A stretch of DNA of 63,939 nt, counting the filler, from Vannella sp. (taxonomy: Eukaryota): assembly GCA_023345925.1 (NCBI GenBank). It is 4 parts of 4 records of this genome, joined end to end, with 100 filler letters (N's around TTAATTAATTAA, not from the genome) between each part and the next. Parts side by side here need not be neighbours in the genome. Positions count along the whole stretch, not along the records: positions 1 to 18,898 come from JAJQQN010001335.1; 3 more parts are not named here. The stretch is one strand, 5' to 3'. The position numbers were made by a program, and so were the translations under genes. The notes beneath the pieces were generated by a model, which had not been told where the DNA came from, did no database searches, and was given only the letters and a program-made list of their open reading frames with translations. Numbering within the stretch: position 1 is the stretch's first letter; each line of letters starts with the position of its first letter. This document shows positions 1 through 11,647 of this stretch, piece after piece.

Positions 1-460
1 AAGCCAAGAAGCGGCTTCTTGTACGATGGAGATGTCCCAAAGAGGAAGGCATTGGCCCCAAGAAACACTTCAGATCTTTCCAGGTTCTTACCTGTGGAGG
101 TCAACGTACCTCTCATAGACAAAGCATTGATTTTGATTGGATTCCAGTTGGTCATCATCTCGATGGTCTTGTTCTTCAGCTCTCCGGTATCCACGGCAGT
201 TCGGATGTCATTGAAGAGGTGGTGAAAGGAGATATGATGAGATCCATCTCGCTACTGTACACGCCATCTGCATTGAGATCTTGGATTCATTGTTGAAAGG
301 GCCTCTCGCTGTCATCCATTTATCCTTTCTAGCCCGACGAAGCCAGTCGCTGGAGCATGTGAGCAGTAATGAGCACTACTTAAATGGATGCACTTCATGT
401 GAGTGCTTTTCAATCCGTTTTAGTTTATTTACAAAATACACCAAATTTGAGGCGATCGCA

Positions 461-3446
461 TTACAATTGAAGGTTAATTGTTGGAGGTTCGGGGAAGACG
501 ACAAAGTTGGTGAGCTTCTCTTCGTCCAAGAGCGATCGGTTGCACGTGGCAGTGATTTTGAGGAGTCCCACAGAGATGGTCAGTTTGCCTTCCTTGCGAC
601 CGCTCTCCCACTTTCCTTCTGTGGCCACGGCACCCATGCTTGTGTGGATTCCATGGCCGTGGATGACGTCATCGCGGAAGTGTCCTTCAAACCTGCTTTT
701 GTTACGGTAGACAATCACTCCTTTGCCATGTTTCTGGCCGTTGTCCCATTGTCCGTCATAAGTCACCATTCCTCCGGATTCGCAATGTAAAGTGCCTTGT
801 CCTTGATAGAGGTTTCGCTTCCAAGTTCCGTTGTAGATATCGCCATTGCTGTAGTGCATGGCACCTTGGCCATCTTTCAAACCATCTCGGAAATCTCCTT
901 GATAGATTCCCTCAACAGGGCAGGAAAGCAGTCCTTTGCCGTGCCATTTGTCTCCCACCCATTGGCCAAGATACACTCGTCCATCTGGATAGTTCATGCG
1001 GCCCTCTCCATTCTTCAAGCCATCCTTAAACTCGCCTTCGTACATGCGCCCGTTGCCTGCCTTTAGAAAGCCGTCCCCGTTGAACTGTATCGATTAGTAA
1101 AAGCGGAATCAAAAGAAAGTGGCTCACCACTCCCTGTCTAAGAGTGCCTTGGTATTCATCTCCTTCACTTGTAACCAGTTGCCCCTCTCCATGAGGAATA
1201 TTTTCCTTCCATTCGCCACAGTAGAAGCCCCCATTACAGTAAAAGTGGGTCCCTTTGCCGCTCCTCATTCCAGAAACCCAATCGCCCTCGTATCGGTCTG
1301 AGTTACGATAGGTCAATACCCCTTCGCCATCTAAAAGCAAAGTTAGTCCTTGAACCTTCTCCGTTTGCATCAAACACGCACGTGGAACGTCGTCTTTCCA
1401 GTCGCCACAGTAGACCTCCGTACTTGCAAGTTCCATCGTGCCTGGTCCACATTTCTGGTTGGAAACGAACTGCCCAGTGTAGCGGTTTCCTTGGAATAGA
1501 TAAATGCCTGCACCATGCATCTTTCCGAGGTGCCACCATCCTTGATATGATCCTCGCTCAGGGTCAGGAAACTCGTAACTCCCATTTCTAGTGAGTCGGT
1601 CAGCATCTGGACAGTTTTCATCCGTTAGGCAGGTTTCGATAGCTTCTTTTAAGACTTTGGACCACTTCTGCTTCTCCAAAAGGTCAGCAAATCGGAGAGT
1701 GTAGCTATGGCAAGGGCCGTGGAGTTGCAGGGAATGAGGCATTTTGTTATCTGCCATTTCTAGTTCAGGGACATCTTCGATCCAGATGAGCTCCAGCGGC
1801 CAAACATACTTAATGCTGGCTACATTGGTCTTTTTCTTAGATTTCTGATTGGTTTGGAGTGCCATCACCTCTCGGGAAAGCCAAATATCCAATTTGGTGT
1901 CCTTGAAGAGGCCTCCCGAAGTCAGTTTCTTCTTCAGGTTACCCAAGGATGCCTCCTTGTCTTGTTCTCGGATGGGAATAGAGAACTGGTCGATAACTTC
2001 CCGGTCCAATGAGCGCTCCAACTTTGGTGTCAGCGGGGCTGCTGCTCTCGCAGGTGAGAATCGGGCCACCTTCTCCAAACTTCCGCTATTTTGAGGTACT
2101 TGGGGAGCAAAGCGAACTCCTTCCAAGACCAGTAAAGCCTTAGATAAGTGCGCGTAGTCCGAATGACTTTGGTCAGTCTTTGATTGAAGGTCTTTCAGTG
2201 CCTCAATGTACTTTGAAATGCGATTTTTTGGTCTCTCTAAGAGATCAGAGAGGGACGTTCTGCAGCTCTGTTGCTGCTCGAGGGTTTTGACTTGTTCCAC
2301 AAAAAGAGTGTCAGAAAGACATTGAGTTAGCATCTCCTGGACACGGCTCCAAGCAGTCCCATGGATGGAATAGATCTTAAAGAAGGGGCCTGCCTTCTCA
2401 AATATGTCTCCAATCAGTTGGTCATCGCGCCACGCGTCCAACCGACCCGATATCTCTCCCAGAAGGTGCTGATTCATAGGCAGAAGCTGGTCTACGTTGG
2501 AGAATAGTGTTTTCACTTGTGCTTTAGAGATGTTGGGCAGCGCTTCAGTCTCTGCCATCATCTCCAGAGGACGTTGGAACCCCTAACATGTTGTCAGGAC
2601 TCCAGTCCTTCAATTTCTGGGATCTTACATTCAGGAGAGAAGAGAGCTCGTTCACATAAACCTCCTCAGATGACACAAGCCCTCGAACGACAAGTTGGCG
2701 GCGTTGACCGACCTCTGTGAGCAAGTTAGTAGACTTTGGAAGGAGGATGAAGGACTCACCAGACAGTGAAACCTCACTCTGACGCTCTGTGTCAATGGGA
2801 GTCTCTTTCAGAGACTCTGCAAAGGGAGCTGACGAGGCAGAGAAGCTCTCCGAACGCGAGGAACCCCCACTCTCTCCCTGATTAGAGGTTGCCCTCTTTG
2901 CTGAGGCTCGAGAGATACCCGGATTGCTCCCAACAGACCCAAGATGGGAGCGCTCGGAGTCCACGCGCTTCTCAAGAACAGTGCGAAGGTCCGAGTGGGA
3001 TCCCGAGCGCAGGGTAGAGAAGAGCTTCTTCTTGAACAGCGAGCCCTTCGCACTCTTCTTAGCCTGCTGAGTGGAAGAGGGTGCCCCGTCATCCAGAGGA
3101 GGAGCTTCCTCCGCTTCCAAAGTCAACTGAACGGGAGGTGGTGGAGGAGGGGAAGCGGGGGGCTGAGGGGGGGACTCAGGTGGTGCAATCACTGGCTTGG
3201 GAGGAATGATGGGCTTTTGAGGTATCGGAGGAGGTACCACCTGCGGAATCGGAGGCAAAGGAGCGTCCATGACCTCACCTACTCCTGGTAACGGGACATC
3301 CGGCTTTTCTGGTAACACACGACGCTTGGGAGGCTTGTGAGGGCGTTTCGCCAATACACCTGGTGATAGATCTTCCCACGCCCATGTTAGACACCACCCC
3401 AACACACCACAAAGGCCATACTCGTCAAGGGCCGAGGAGCAGCCAT
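461..3446 (-). CDS. Pro-rich, RhoGEF (DH)-PH, MORN-repeat protein (alsin/ALS2CL-like architecture, no VPS9 domain seen); spliced
   Basis: Short first exon MAAPRPLT from ATG 3446 is spliced to ORF 2545..3405. DH motifs LVSSEEVYVNEL and LLERPKNRISKY, a PH-like end (EKQKWSKVLKEAI), then many YxGxW/FxxGxxxGxG MORN repeats in ORFs 1026..2561 and 461..1045. GT-AG introns link the frames. Confidence 0.85.
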
Positions 3447-3494
3447 CCCAACCAACCCTTCAAAGAATGAGCTTCCAAGGCCACGTTTATGGCA

Positions 3495-6400
3495 TTAGTG
3501 ACTCATGGACTTGCGAGGAGTAATGGGAGGGCGGGGATAGGCGGCCAATTGGTCGGTGAGGAGATTGACCCAATGAACCTTCTCTTCCACGTCCTCGCAA
3601 AGGAAGAGGAATTGAGTGGCGCCCCATTGCTCGGACTGGGATGGTTTGGTGTCCTGAAGAATGAAAAAGTCATCGTTGCCGATCTTGGCCTCTGCAAGGG
3701 AGGAGGGAAAGAGGGGGAGAAGGTAAGTCACTTTGAGAGGGAAGGGAAGGGAAGGAGTTACCTGCTGGTTTGTTGGCTCGATTAGTGAGTAGACCGCATT
3801 GAGAGTAGAGGAGGACTGCGATGAGATAGTGGCAAGGCGGCCCCTTGTTCTTCTCTGCCTCTCCAACCTCAGAGACCAAGATCACATCGGAAAGGAGAGT
3901 GAGACTGCAATGTCTCGTCCGAAGTCGGCGGCTTTTGACGTTCACCCAATGGAGGAGAGTGCCATGCTCAATGATGGTGCGATGTGGCTTCACCAGATCG
4001 ATGGGGAGCTATCCCGTGGTCGATTAGAACTTCCCAGCCTCCTTTTTGACTTTCAAGTGAGTTACTCACCTCGCTGAACATGTCTTCCAGCTTCATTAGG
4101 GGTCCCAATGTCTCAGAGAAGACCATTTTCTCATTGACGTCATTCAATACGTGTTGGACTGTCCCAGAAGCCGACTTGAGGGACCCAAGGGAAGCAGGGT
4201 TGGGAGAGTACTTGATTAGCTCTTTCAGAAGAAGAGGATACTTGCAGAGTCTCTGCAAGGGCATGATAAGGAAAGATTTGATGCTCTCTCCCCGAGCAGA
4301 TGGCTGCGAACTAGCCTGCTGAAGATACTGGGCAAATTGGGGCCGAGAGTGCTGCAGATAGTTCACAACATGGCGAGAATGGCTCAAGTTTGAACAGTAG
4401 ATCACATAGACATCCAAGAGCTCCTCTGCAGCAGAACTGAAGATAGACCCAAAGTCTTGCTCTGCAGAATCCTTTCGGGATTCCTCAGATAGCACTCGAG
4501 ACAGTCGCTTGCTCAGGCTAATGAGTTGTTCGACATTTGCAAAGATTTTCTTGACTTCTTGGGCATTAATGATGCCCTGGGAGAAGAGTGAGGACAAAAA
4601 GACAGTCGAAAGAACGAGCAAATCTGCGAGATAGCTGCTTTCAGTAGCTACAAGCTCCTTCACCACACACTCATAACGCTATGGAGATGTTAATGAACGA
4701 GCTTGTCTGAAAGGAGAACTATATCGTACCATCTCACCAGGGTTCTGCCTCAAAGTGCCCAGCTCTGCAACGCCGTTTGCACTCGCTTGGTGAAGCAAAC
4801 GATGCATTTTGCGTGGCACGGCCGAAGCTACCAGAATAGTAGGAGGAGTTACAATCTCCTCACGGACTAACAGTGATTTGGGTACCTGAGGCAAGGCTGC
4901 ATTTACCTCTTCCAGCTGCTTTGAAAGCTGCTGATGGCGGAAGATAACCTTTCATGGAAGTTAGATAAGGGATGAAAATCTGCTAAGTTATCACTCACCG
5001 AAACATCCAATCCCAGCCGCTTCTGGAGGGACACGGCTTCATTGCGAGCAGCGACTTCTGTCAAGAAAGGGAGGTTTCCACCAGAATCCCTCTTTGTGGC
5101 CTCGTTCTCAGCGGGCTTCTTTTTGATGCCCTTTAGACTGATATAGCTCGTCGGAGTTGGTGCGTTCCAGGACACTTTCACCAAGTCATTCGGGGCGGTG
5201 GCTAAAGCGCCCTTGAGAATGTCATTCACAGATTTGACTCGGTCTTCAATTTCTTCTTTTGCTTGAGAGTCTCCTTCAGCGATAAAAGTTTGAAGGGCCT
5301 GTACTTCTTCGAGAGCCTGCTCCAATGCCTGTTTTAAGGTGTTGTTGTGCGTTGCGACCTTGCGTGCTTTAGCTTCTGCCTTAAGCATTTCAATGTGGGA
5401 ACTTTCCTCAGCTTTGGTCGCTTCTCCCAACTCCTTTTTCATTAGATGGCAACGCTTCCGCTCCACAGAAGCAGCAGCAACGAGGGTCAAATAGTCATCT
5501 GACTTCATCTTGAAGCGGCCACTTTCCAACTCTTTTCGATAGCGATTTTGAATGATATCAACTCTTGCACGAAGCTCCTCTGGCGGGAGTTCACTCAAAG
5601 CACTCGAAAAAGGATCTCCTGCTTCCAAGTTGCTCGGAATACTAGAACGGGCTGACATTGGGTGGGCCTCTTGAATATAGGAACCCCTAGCAGAACGCCC
5701 CTTCAAGTTCCGAACAAAAGCAGAGCGAGATTCAACTAAATTAAGGTTGAGACCCGAAAGTCGCTCTTTCAACTCCTGGAATCCTGTCGCAAGGCAGAAG
5801 AGAGTAGAACTAGCTGCAGTCACGCAAATCACTCGCTGAGTCTTGTTAAGTATGAGGCAGACTGCTCTGTGGCCTTCAATAGTCTTTGGAGCACCTTTCC
5901 CTCCAATTGCATGCTGTCTCCACGCACTCCCTACCACTATTTTAGCCAATCGCAGCTGTAGAAATGGGAAATTACCTTTCCCTCGAGCAGCAAAGCGAAA
6001 GGTGAACAAAGTCCTGTCGAAAGCGTTGCCCAACACAAAGAAGGTGTCGTTAATGACCAGGAGGGAATGCCCCTTTGTGGGTGCTTCGGGAAATTTCTGC
6101 GATTCCACTTTCCGCCAAGTCCACAAGGCTGTTCTCGGTTAGCTTCTCCCGCACCCTCAAGAGTGAGACAACATACAGTAGTCTAATACCCAGAGGTCCT
6201 GGTTCTGTCCTTCGGCAGTAACACCACCGTGGACGACCAAACGATCAGACTTCCAAACTGTTGCAGCGTGGCTGGCACGAGGGGATGGTACTTCTCCACG
6301 CAAAGCAGGACACTCCCAAGCGGATATAGCTGATGATTGTATGAGCGAGTAGCGCAAACGGAACCCCAAACTCACCTGCATTGAAGAACAACACTTTGTT

Positions 6401-6996
6401 TGTGAATACTCCATCCTCTGCCTCGCCTCCAAAGACGAGGAAGCCTTCTCCAACCTCTGAGCAGGTATGCCCCTTTAAAGCCAGATTGTAGCTGTAAGCT
6501 TAGCAGTCAGATCAACCCAGTTTCACCGGTGGGAGGCCGACTTACTCCCCCGTGTCCATGACGGACCATTCGTTAGCCTCTGCAGGGAGCGTAAGAAGCA
6601 ACCCTGATGATTGAACTGCTACTCACCAATGTCAAGGCGGAACAGACTGTCGTTGAGGGCGCCAGACTCGGTAACTCCACCGACGATGTAAAGCATGTTG
6701 TGGACTACAGCAGACGCGTGGTGGCTCAGGGGAGGTGGTGACGGGCCGCTAGGCTGCACCAATATCCACGCTTCCTCAGCCATATTGAAGAGGTAGAGCT
6801 CACAGCTCTTCCCGCCCTTGGTCTCTCCTCCGAACATATAAAGCGCGGAGCCTGCCAAGGACAGCGAGTGGAACTTCCGACGAGGTGAAGGCATGTTCTT
6901 CAGTGCTGCCTCCACATCCCACTGCAGTCCATCCTCTTTCCACTCCTCTGCAGCTCGCCTCCGGTCCCGGACCGGCTGATAGCGACCGGACACCAT
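3495..6996 (-). CDS. Kelch-repeat, coiled-coil, RhoGEF (DH)-PH protein; spliced
   Basis: Kelch motifs PSPRRKFHS..LYMFGG, PPLSHHAS..LYIVGG and PSPRASHAA..LVVHGG. Coiled coil in ORF 4903..6126. DH motifs ELVATESSYLADL and FLIMPLQRLCKYPLLLKEL. PH domain (LTLLSDVILV ... EEKVHWVNLL). Confidence 0.85.
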
Positions 6997-7053
6997 CCAA
7001 TGAGTTCTCTCCGCCGTAACCTCTAATTTTATCGATCAGCAATCGGCCTACTC

Positions 7054-7125
7054 GTACAATTGTACTTTGAAAGTGGTGGAGCAAATAAATGTTGACGTCA
7101 AACACCAGTTAACCCTAAACCCTAG
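7054..7125. promoter_or_regulatory. Candidate bidirectional promoter with palindromes GTACAATTGTAC (7054-7065), TTGACGTCAA (7092-7101, CRE-type) and AACCCTAAACCCTAG (7111-7125)
   Basis: The motifs lie in the 135-nt spacer between divergent ATGs 6996(-) and 7132(+). Function is inferred from position only. Confidence 0.4.
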
Positions 7126-7131
7126 TTGTAC

Positions 7132-7583
7132 ATGGCTGGCTCCCAACGAGCTGATGAGCTGGCGGAAGAACTGAGTAAGGCCAAGGCGAAGCGGAGCAAC
7201 TTGGAGAAGGAGCTTAGTATGCTGGAGACGCAAATATACAACCTGGAGACATCGTACTTGTCAGACACGCACCATATCGGCAACTTGGTGAAAGGTTGGG
7301 GTGGTTATCTGTCCAATCGTTCTGCTCCTCCTGTACACAAGAAGCTACGCTTTAAAGACTCTGAGCGTATCTTCTCACTATCCTCTGTGGATGCCATAGA
7401 GGTAACACCAGCCCACCAACCTTACTTCGTTTACTCACAGTTGTTGGCAAGAACGTGCTTTCCACCCTCAATGGGAGAGACAAACGAAGACCAAGGAGGA
7501 AGTATCATCCTTACAAGATCACGAAAACCACTATCAATCGACGAAAGGCCTCGCGGGACCACGAGTCTGAGGATGATCTCTGA
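7132..7583 (+). CDS. EAF6: Eaf6/MEAF6, NuA4 histone acetyltransferase subunit
   Basis: LETQIYNLETSYL..T..IGNLVKGWGGYL ... FKDSERIFSLSS. Intron 7402-7451 gives a basic/acidic C-terminus ending at TGA 7581-7583. The acceptor choice is inferred. Confidence 0.9.
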
Positions 7584-7701
7584 ACGCATCTTCATACAGC
7601 TCCTTCCTGTTTGCCAGGCGCAAGATGACAGTTCAACAAAGTGATAGGACAGGAGAGGTTTATTGGTGTGTGTTGAAGGGGATCGGTGGAAGATGCGCCG
7701 T

Positions 7702-8007
7702 TTACTTCTTCTTCTTCTTCAATCCCTTTGCCTTTGCACCCTTTGGTGTGGGCGGCTTGCCACGAAGAATACGGTTTTCTCTTCGGTTTGCCTTCACAAA
7801 GTCGCGATCCTCTTTGAAGAGAGGAACACCAAGCTTGCGAGGAGGAGGGATGGGGATGCTGCTTTGAATGGATCGGAAGTAGCTAATGCGATTCAGGTAC
7901 TTGAGACCAAAGCCTAGATGATCACCAGGATACGGATTACACCCCAACACGCGAGCAGCCACCCTCACAGGCTGCTCCAGCTTCCGAACGAACAACCGAG
8001 CCGACAT
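7702..8007 (-). CDS. MRPS33: Mitochondrial ribosomal small subunit protein mS33/Rsm27-like
   Basis: About 100 aa and basic, with C-terminal RILRGKPPTPKGAKAKGLKKKK resembling the mS33 RGKxxPKKG tail. Confidence 0.6.
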   Translation of the reverse strand: MSARLFVRKLEQPVRVAARVLGCNPYPGDHLGFGLKYLNRISYFRSIQSSIPIPPPRKLGVPLFKEDRDFVKANRRENRILRGKPPTPKGAKAKGLKKKKK

Positions 8008-8057
8008 GGGCCAGTGGAGGTCTGGTAATAATAATGTCAAAGTGATTCATTATTTGC

Positions 8058-9123
8058 ATGTTGGTGGCTCCTTGCACGAAGGTTTCCCGTTATGAGAAGA
8101 TCGGGCGGATTGGCGAGGGCACCTTTGGGATTGTCTGTAAGGCCATGCAAGTGGGGATGGAGAGGAGTTAATGAATGTGGATAGATAAGGCCTTGGATAC
8201 GGTCACAGGAGGGATCGTGGCGCTCAAGAGAGTGCGCTCGGACAAAGGAGAAGAGGAGGGCATTCCTATCACGTCTATCCGAGAGATTCAGATCCTTAAG
8301 ACGATGAATCACCCTAACATCGTTTCCCTTTATGATGTAGCAGTTGATGATGCGAATGAGAATGTCTTTCTGGTCTTTGAGTATGTCGAGCATGATCTCT
8401 CGGCCCTCCTTGACTCTACCCGCTCTCCCTTCACGCAATCAGAGGTCAAAAGACTTTCCATTGTAAGAGGTTCTCCCCATTGGTGATCGTTTGACTCACT
8501 GAGGGTGATCACAGCAATGTCTGAGAGCCGTTGAGTTTATGCACGCCAACTGGGTGATGCATCGAGACCTTAAGCTACCCAATCTCTTATATTCTAACGA
8601 CGGAGTCCTAAAGGTGGCCGACTTTGGCCTTGCACGGTACTTTGGGTCCGAATCCCGCCCCATGACACCTCGAGTAGTCACTCTTTGGTACCGACCGCCA
8701 GAGCTACTGTTCGGATCACAAGTCTACACTGAATCACTTGATATGTGGGCTGTGGGATGCATCATAGGGGAACTACTTCTACAGCAACCACTCCTTCCAG
8801 GGAAGAACGAGTTTGATCAAATCCATCGAATCTGCAACTTGCTTGGAACTCCCAACGAGCACACGTGGCCTGGCATGTCCAAGCTCCCACAGGCTTCATT
8901 GAAACTACCTCATCAACCCTACAACAACCTCGGACAACGACTAAGCCACGTTTCCCCCAACGGATTGGACCTTCTCAATCGACTATTGGCGTACGACCCC
9001 ACCCGCCGTATGACAGCCACAGAGGCGTTAGCACATCCTTACTTTACAGAGTCGCCATTACCTGCTGCCCAAGAGCTAATGCCGACATTTCCCAATTCTC
9101 AGGTGCCCAAGACACCTTTGTGA
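8058..9123 (+). CDS. CDK10: Cyclin-dependent kinase, CDK10/CDK11 family; 2 introns
   Basis: IGEGTFGIVY, VALKRV, PITSIRE, HRDLKLPN, DFGLAR and MTPRVVTLWYRPPELL. There is no long N-terminal extension, which favours CDK10. Confidence 0.85.
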
Positions 9124-9132
9124 TTCGTTCCT

Positions 9133-10813
9133 TTATCGATTGACGAGATAGTCATCTGAAGCGGGCAGAGGTGCGTTGATTATCTTGCGAGCCTTCTCAA
9201 TACTCTTCAAAGTGTCTTGATGACTTGAGCGAGAAATGGGATAAAAGTAGCAAGCTATCCAACTGATGAGCAGAATAAGGCATGGGCAGACGCCAACCAG
9301 AATCCGCATAGCAGTGATGACGGGGGGAGGTTGATTGGATCCGAGGGAGGCTTCGTACCCCAGACCGCCAAGTAAATAGTTTGAAAAGGCCAGAGTTAGA
9401 CCACTGGCTAGCTTTTCACAGAAGATGAAGATGCTGAAGAAAGAGCCCTCTCTCCTCTCTCCCGTTTGGAGTTCATCCAACTCGATTACATCCGGAACCA
9501 TTGAATAGGGAGTCAGATAGAGCACACCCAAGCCAACCCCTCCAAGGGCAGGTAGAATGATAAGCAAAATGATGTTTTCCTCTGAGAGGAAAGTCGTTGG
9601 GAAGAGAGACACGATGAGAAGGGTAGTCCCCAAGTAATAAGTTTTCTTTTTCCCTATCCGGAAACTGAGAGCTGCCCAACATGGCAATCCGAGAGTACAG
9701 CAGCCCTATTAAAGCATGAGATGGATGCTCAAATTCAAGAAACTTACAAGAGTGGCGATAAGGATGACTGGGAACCAGGCTTCCAAATGGACAACATAAG
9801 TGATATAGAGGAGAAGATTGTTCGTCAGGAATGTCAGAGCAATCCACGAGCAAGAGTTGATCTATAGAGCTCAGTACGATAACATGACTTCCGCTTCTCT
9901 TACAGCAACTACCATTAAGAAAGGGACATTCGTCAGTGTCAGTTTGATCCCTTTCCACATGGAAGCCCGATCAGAGAAAGGGGCCGCTTGTGGTGGTTCT
10001 GACACTGTCAAATACAGGAAAAGGCCCGGTGTTAATAAAAAGGTGCCCATCACAGCACCCGCCACGGCGTATCCTTTGGTTAAATCAAAGTCACCATTAG
10101 GAAGTCTGAATGAGTATACCAGGATAGATTGGACGCCCACTGCCACTGTCCCTATTGCCAGGGACATGATCCATCTGCATCAATCAGGAAAGAGGAATCT
10201 CACAAAAAGTCCCAACGCACCGATAAGTTGACAGTTTCGTTCTTTCGTCATAATCAGTAGTTATCTCAGCACTGAGGGTGTTGTATGGCACCACATAACA
10301 CATGAATGCAGTGGCAGAGATAAGATAGATGACAGTATAGTAGATTGAAAGGCCAGTGTCCTCTAAGAAAGGGGGAACAAGCCAAAACAAGAAAAAAAAG
10401 TAACAGAAGGGGACCGTGGCTACTCAGAAACAGAGTAAGAGCAGCACTGAAGGTTGTGCTCCGTGATTTGACTTACAGAAAGCAACCCAAGAGAGGCGTC
10501 GAGGGCGGGGAGAGAGATCAGAGAGGATCCCAATAAAGGGGTTGATTACTGCTGTCCAAACAGATGCAATGAGCTGCAAAGTACCAACAGCAAAGGGAGA
10601 TATAGCAGCTACTTGAACTAAGAAGGGAGTCATGAAGAACCCAAAGAGGAGGCCCCAAATATACTGGGGAATGCCTCCGTAGCCGAATCCCAAGTACGTT
10701 GACATTGGCAAAGAGCTCCCCTTCTTCAATGAGGGGTCGTTAATTGACACAAAGCTCATTATCAAGTCCCGATCGGTTCCCAAGCTGCGCCACGATCCGG
10801 TCGCCTCCGCCAT
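9133..10813 (-). CDS. MFS glycoside-pentoside-hexuronide (MelB/MFSD2-like) transporter; spliced
   Basis: Many TM helices. Motifs NPFIGILSD, VPYNTLSAEITTDYDERTKLSTYR and PYSMVPDVIELDELQTGERREGSFFS. Confidence 0.88.
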
Positions 10814-10818
10814 GAAGC

Positions 10819-10850
10819 GGGGAAATGGGGAAATGGGGAAATGGGGAAAT
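10819..10850 (+). repeat. (GGGGAAAT)x4 tandem repeat with G-quadruplex potential, in a divergent promoter
   Basis: Read directly; it lies between ATGs 10813(-) and 10902(+). Confidence 0.9.
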
Positions 10851-10901
10851 GCAAAAGTTCGCATTTCCTTCGCTGAGAGCGCATTTCACCATTCCCTGCC
10901 G

Positions 10902-11568
10902 ATGAAGGCTCTGATTCTGTTCCTGGTGCTATGTGTGGGGTTGGCAGCGATGGTACGACGCGACGATCGCTTTGGAGTTGCAGTGGATGAGAGTGTGATG
11001 GTTTGTCAGCGTCTGGGTTCGTCGATTCGAGTGGATTTGCCAAGACTGTCCCCTTCGTCACACTACGAGCTTCGCATTAGTTATCCTGGAACAGTAGGAC
11101 TTCTGTAGTGCATGCGAAATCTCTGACTTCGGGTTAGAACCCTTCCTCCTTTCGAATGGAGCTCCACGGCCCGTCACGGGCAGGACAGCGCCGTGATCTG
11201 TTGAACACAGAGAAGATCATGTTTATCACAGACTCACAAGGGAGAGTTGACGTAAGTCATTCACATCAGAACATCTGGGGGCTGACAGACCAAAGGGGTC
11301 CGAAGAAGCTTGGGTGAAGATCACTGCATCGAACGATGGCGTCGCTAAGTGGGCTGGATTCGAAGATAGAGAAGTCACCTATGACCTAGGTAAGAGACCC
11401 TACTGTAAAGAACCCCCATTCACCATCCCAGTACTGGAAACACTCTTCTATGGTGCGCCTTTTGGGGTCTTTCGAATCATCGGGTTGGCTTTGTCCGCTG
11501 GGCTTGTTCTGCTTCTTCTCCAGAATCACATCCTCTCTTGTATCAAAGCTCCTTTGTCCTATTCATAA
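10902..11568 (+). CDS. Small type I membrane protein, possibly Pga1-like (GPI mannosyltransferase II cofactor family); spliced
   Basis: Signal peptide, then YELRISYPGT-PSSF..L, RRDLLNTEKIMF and a C-terminal TM helix. The family call is from recall only. Confidence 0.55.
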
Positions 11569-11647
11569 ATTGAAGGAGTACGACGGTCGTGATTGGCTGG
11601 AGACCGTAGATATTAAGAAGATATTATTTCTCATTGACCCAGAGAGC

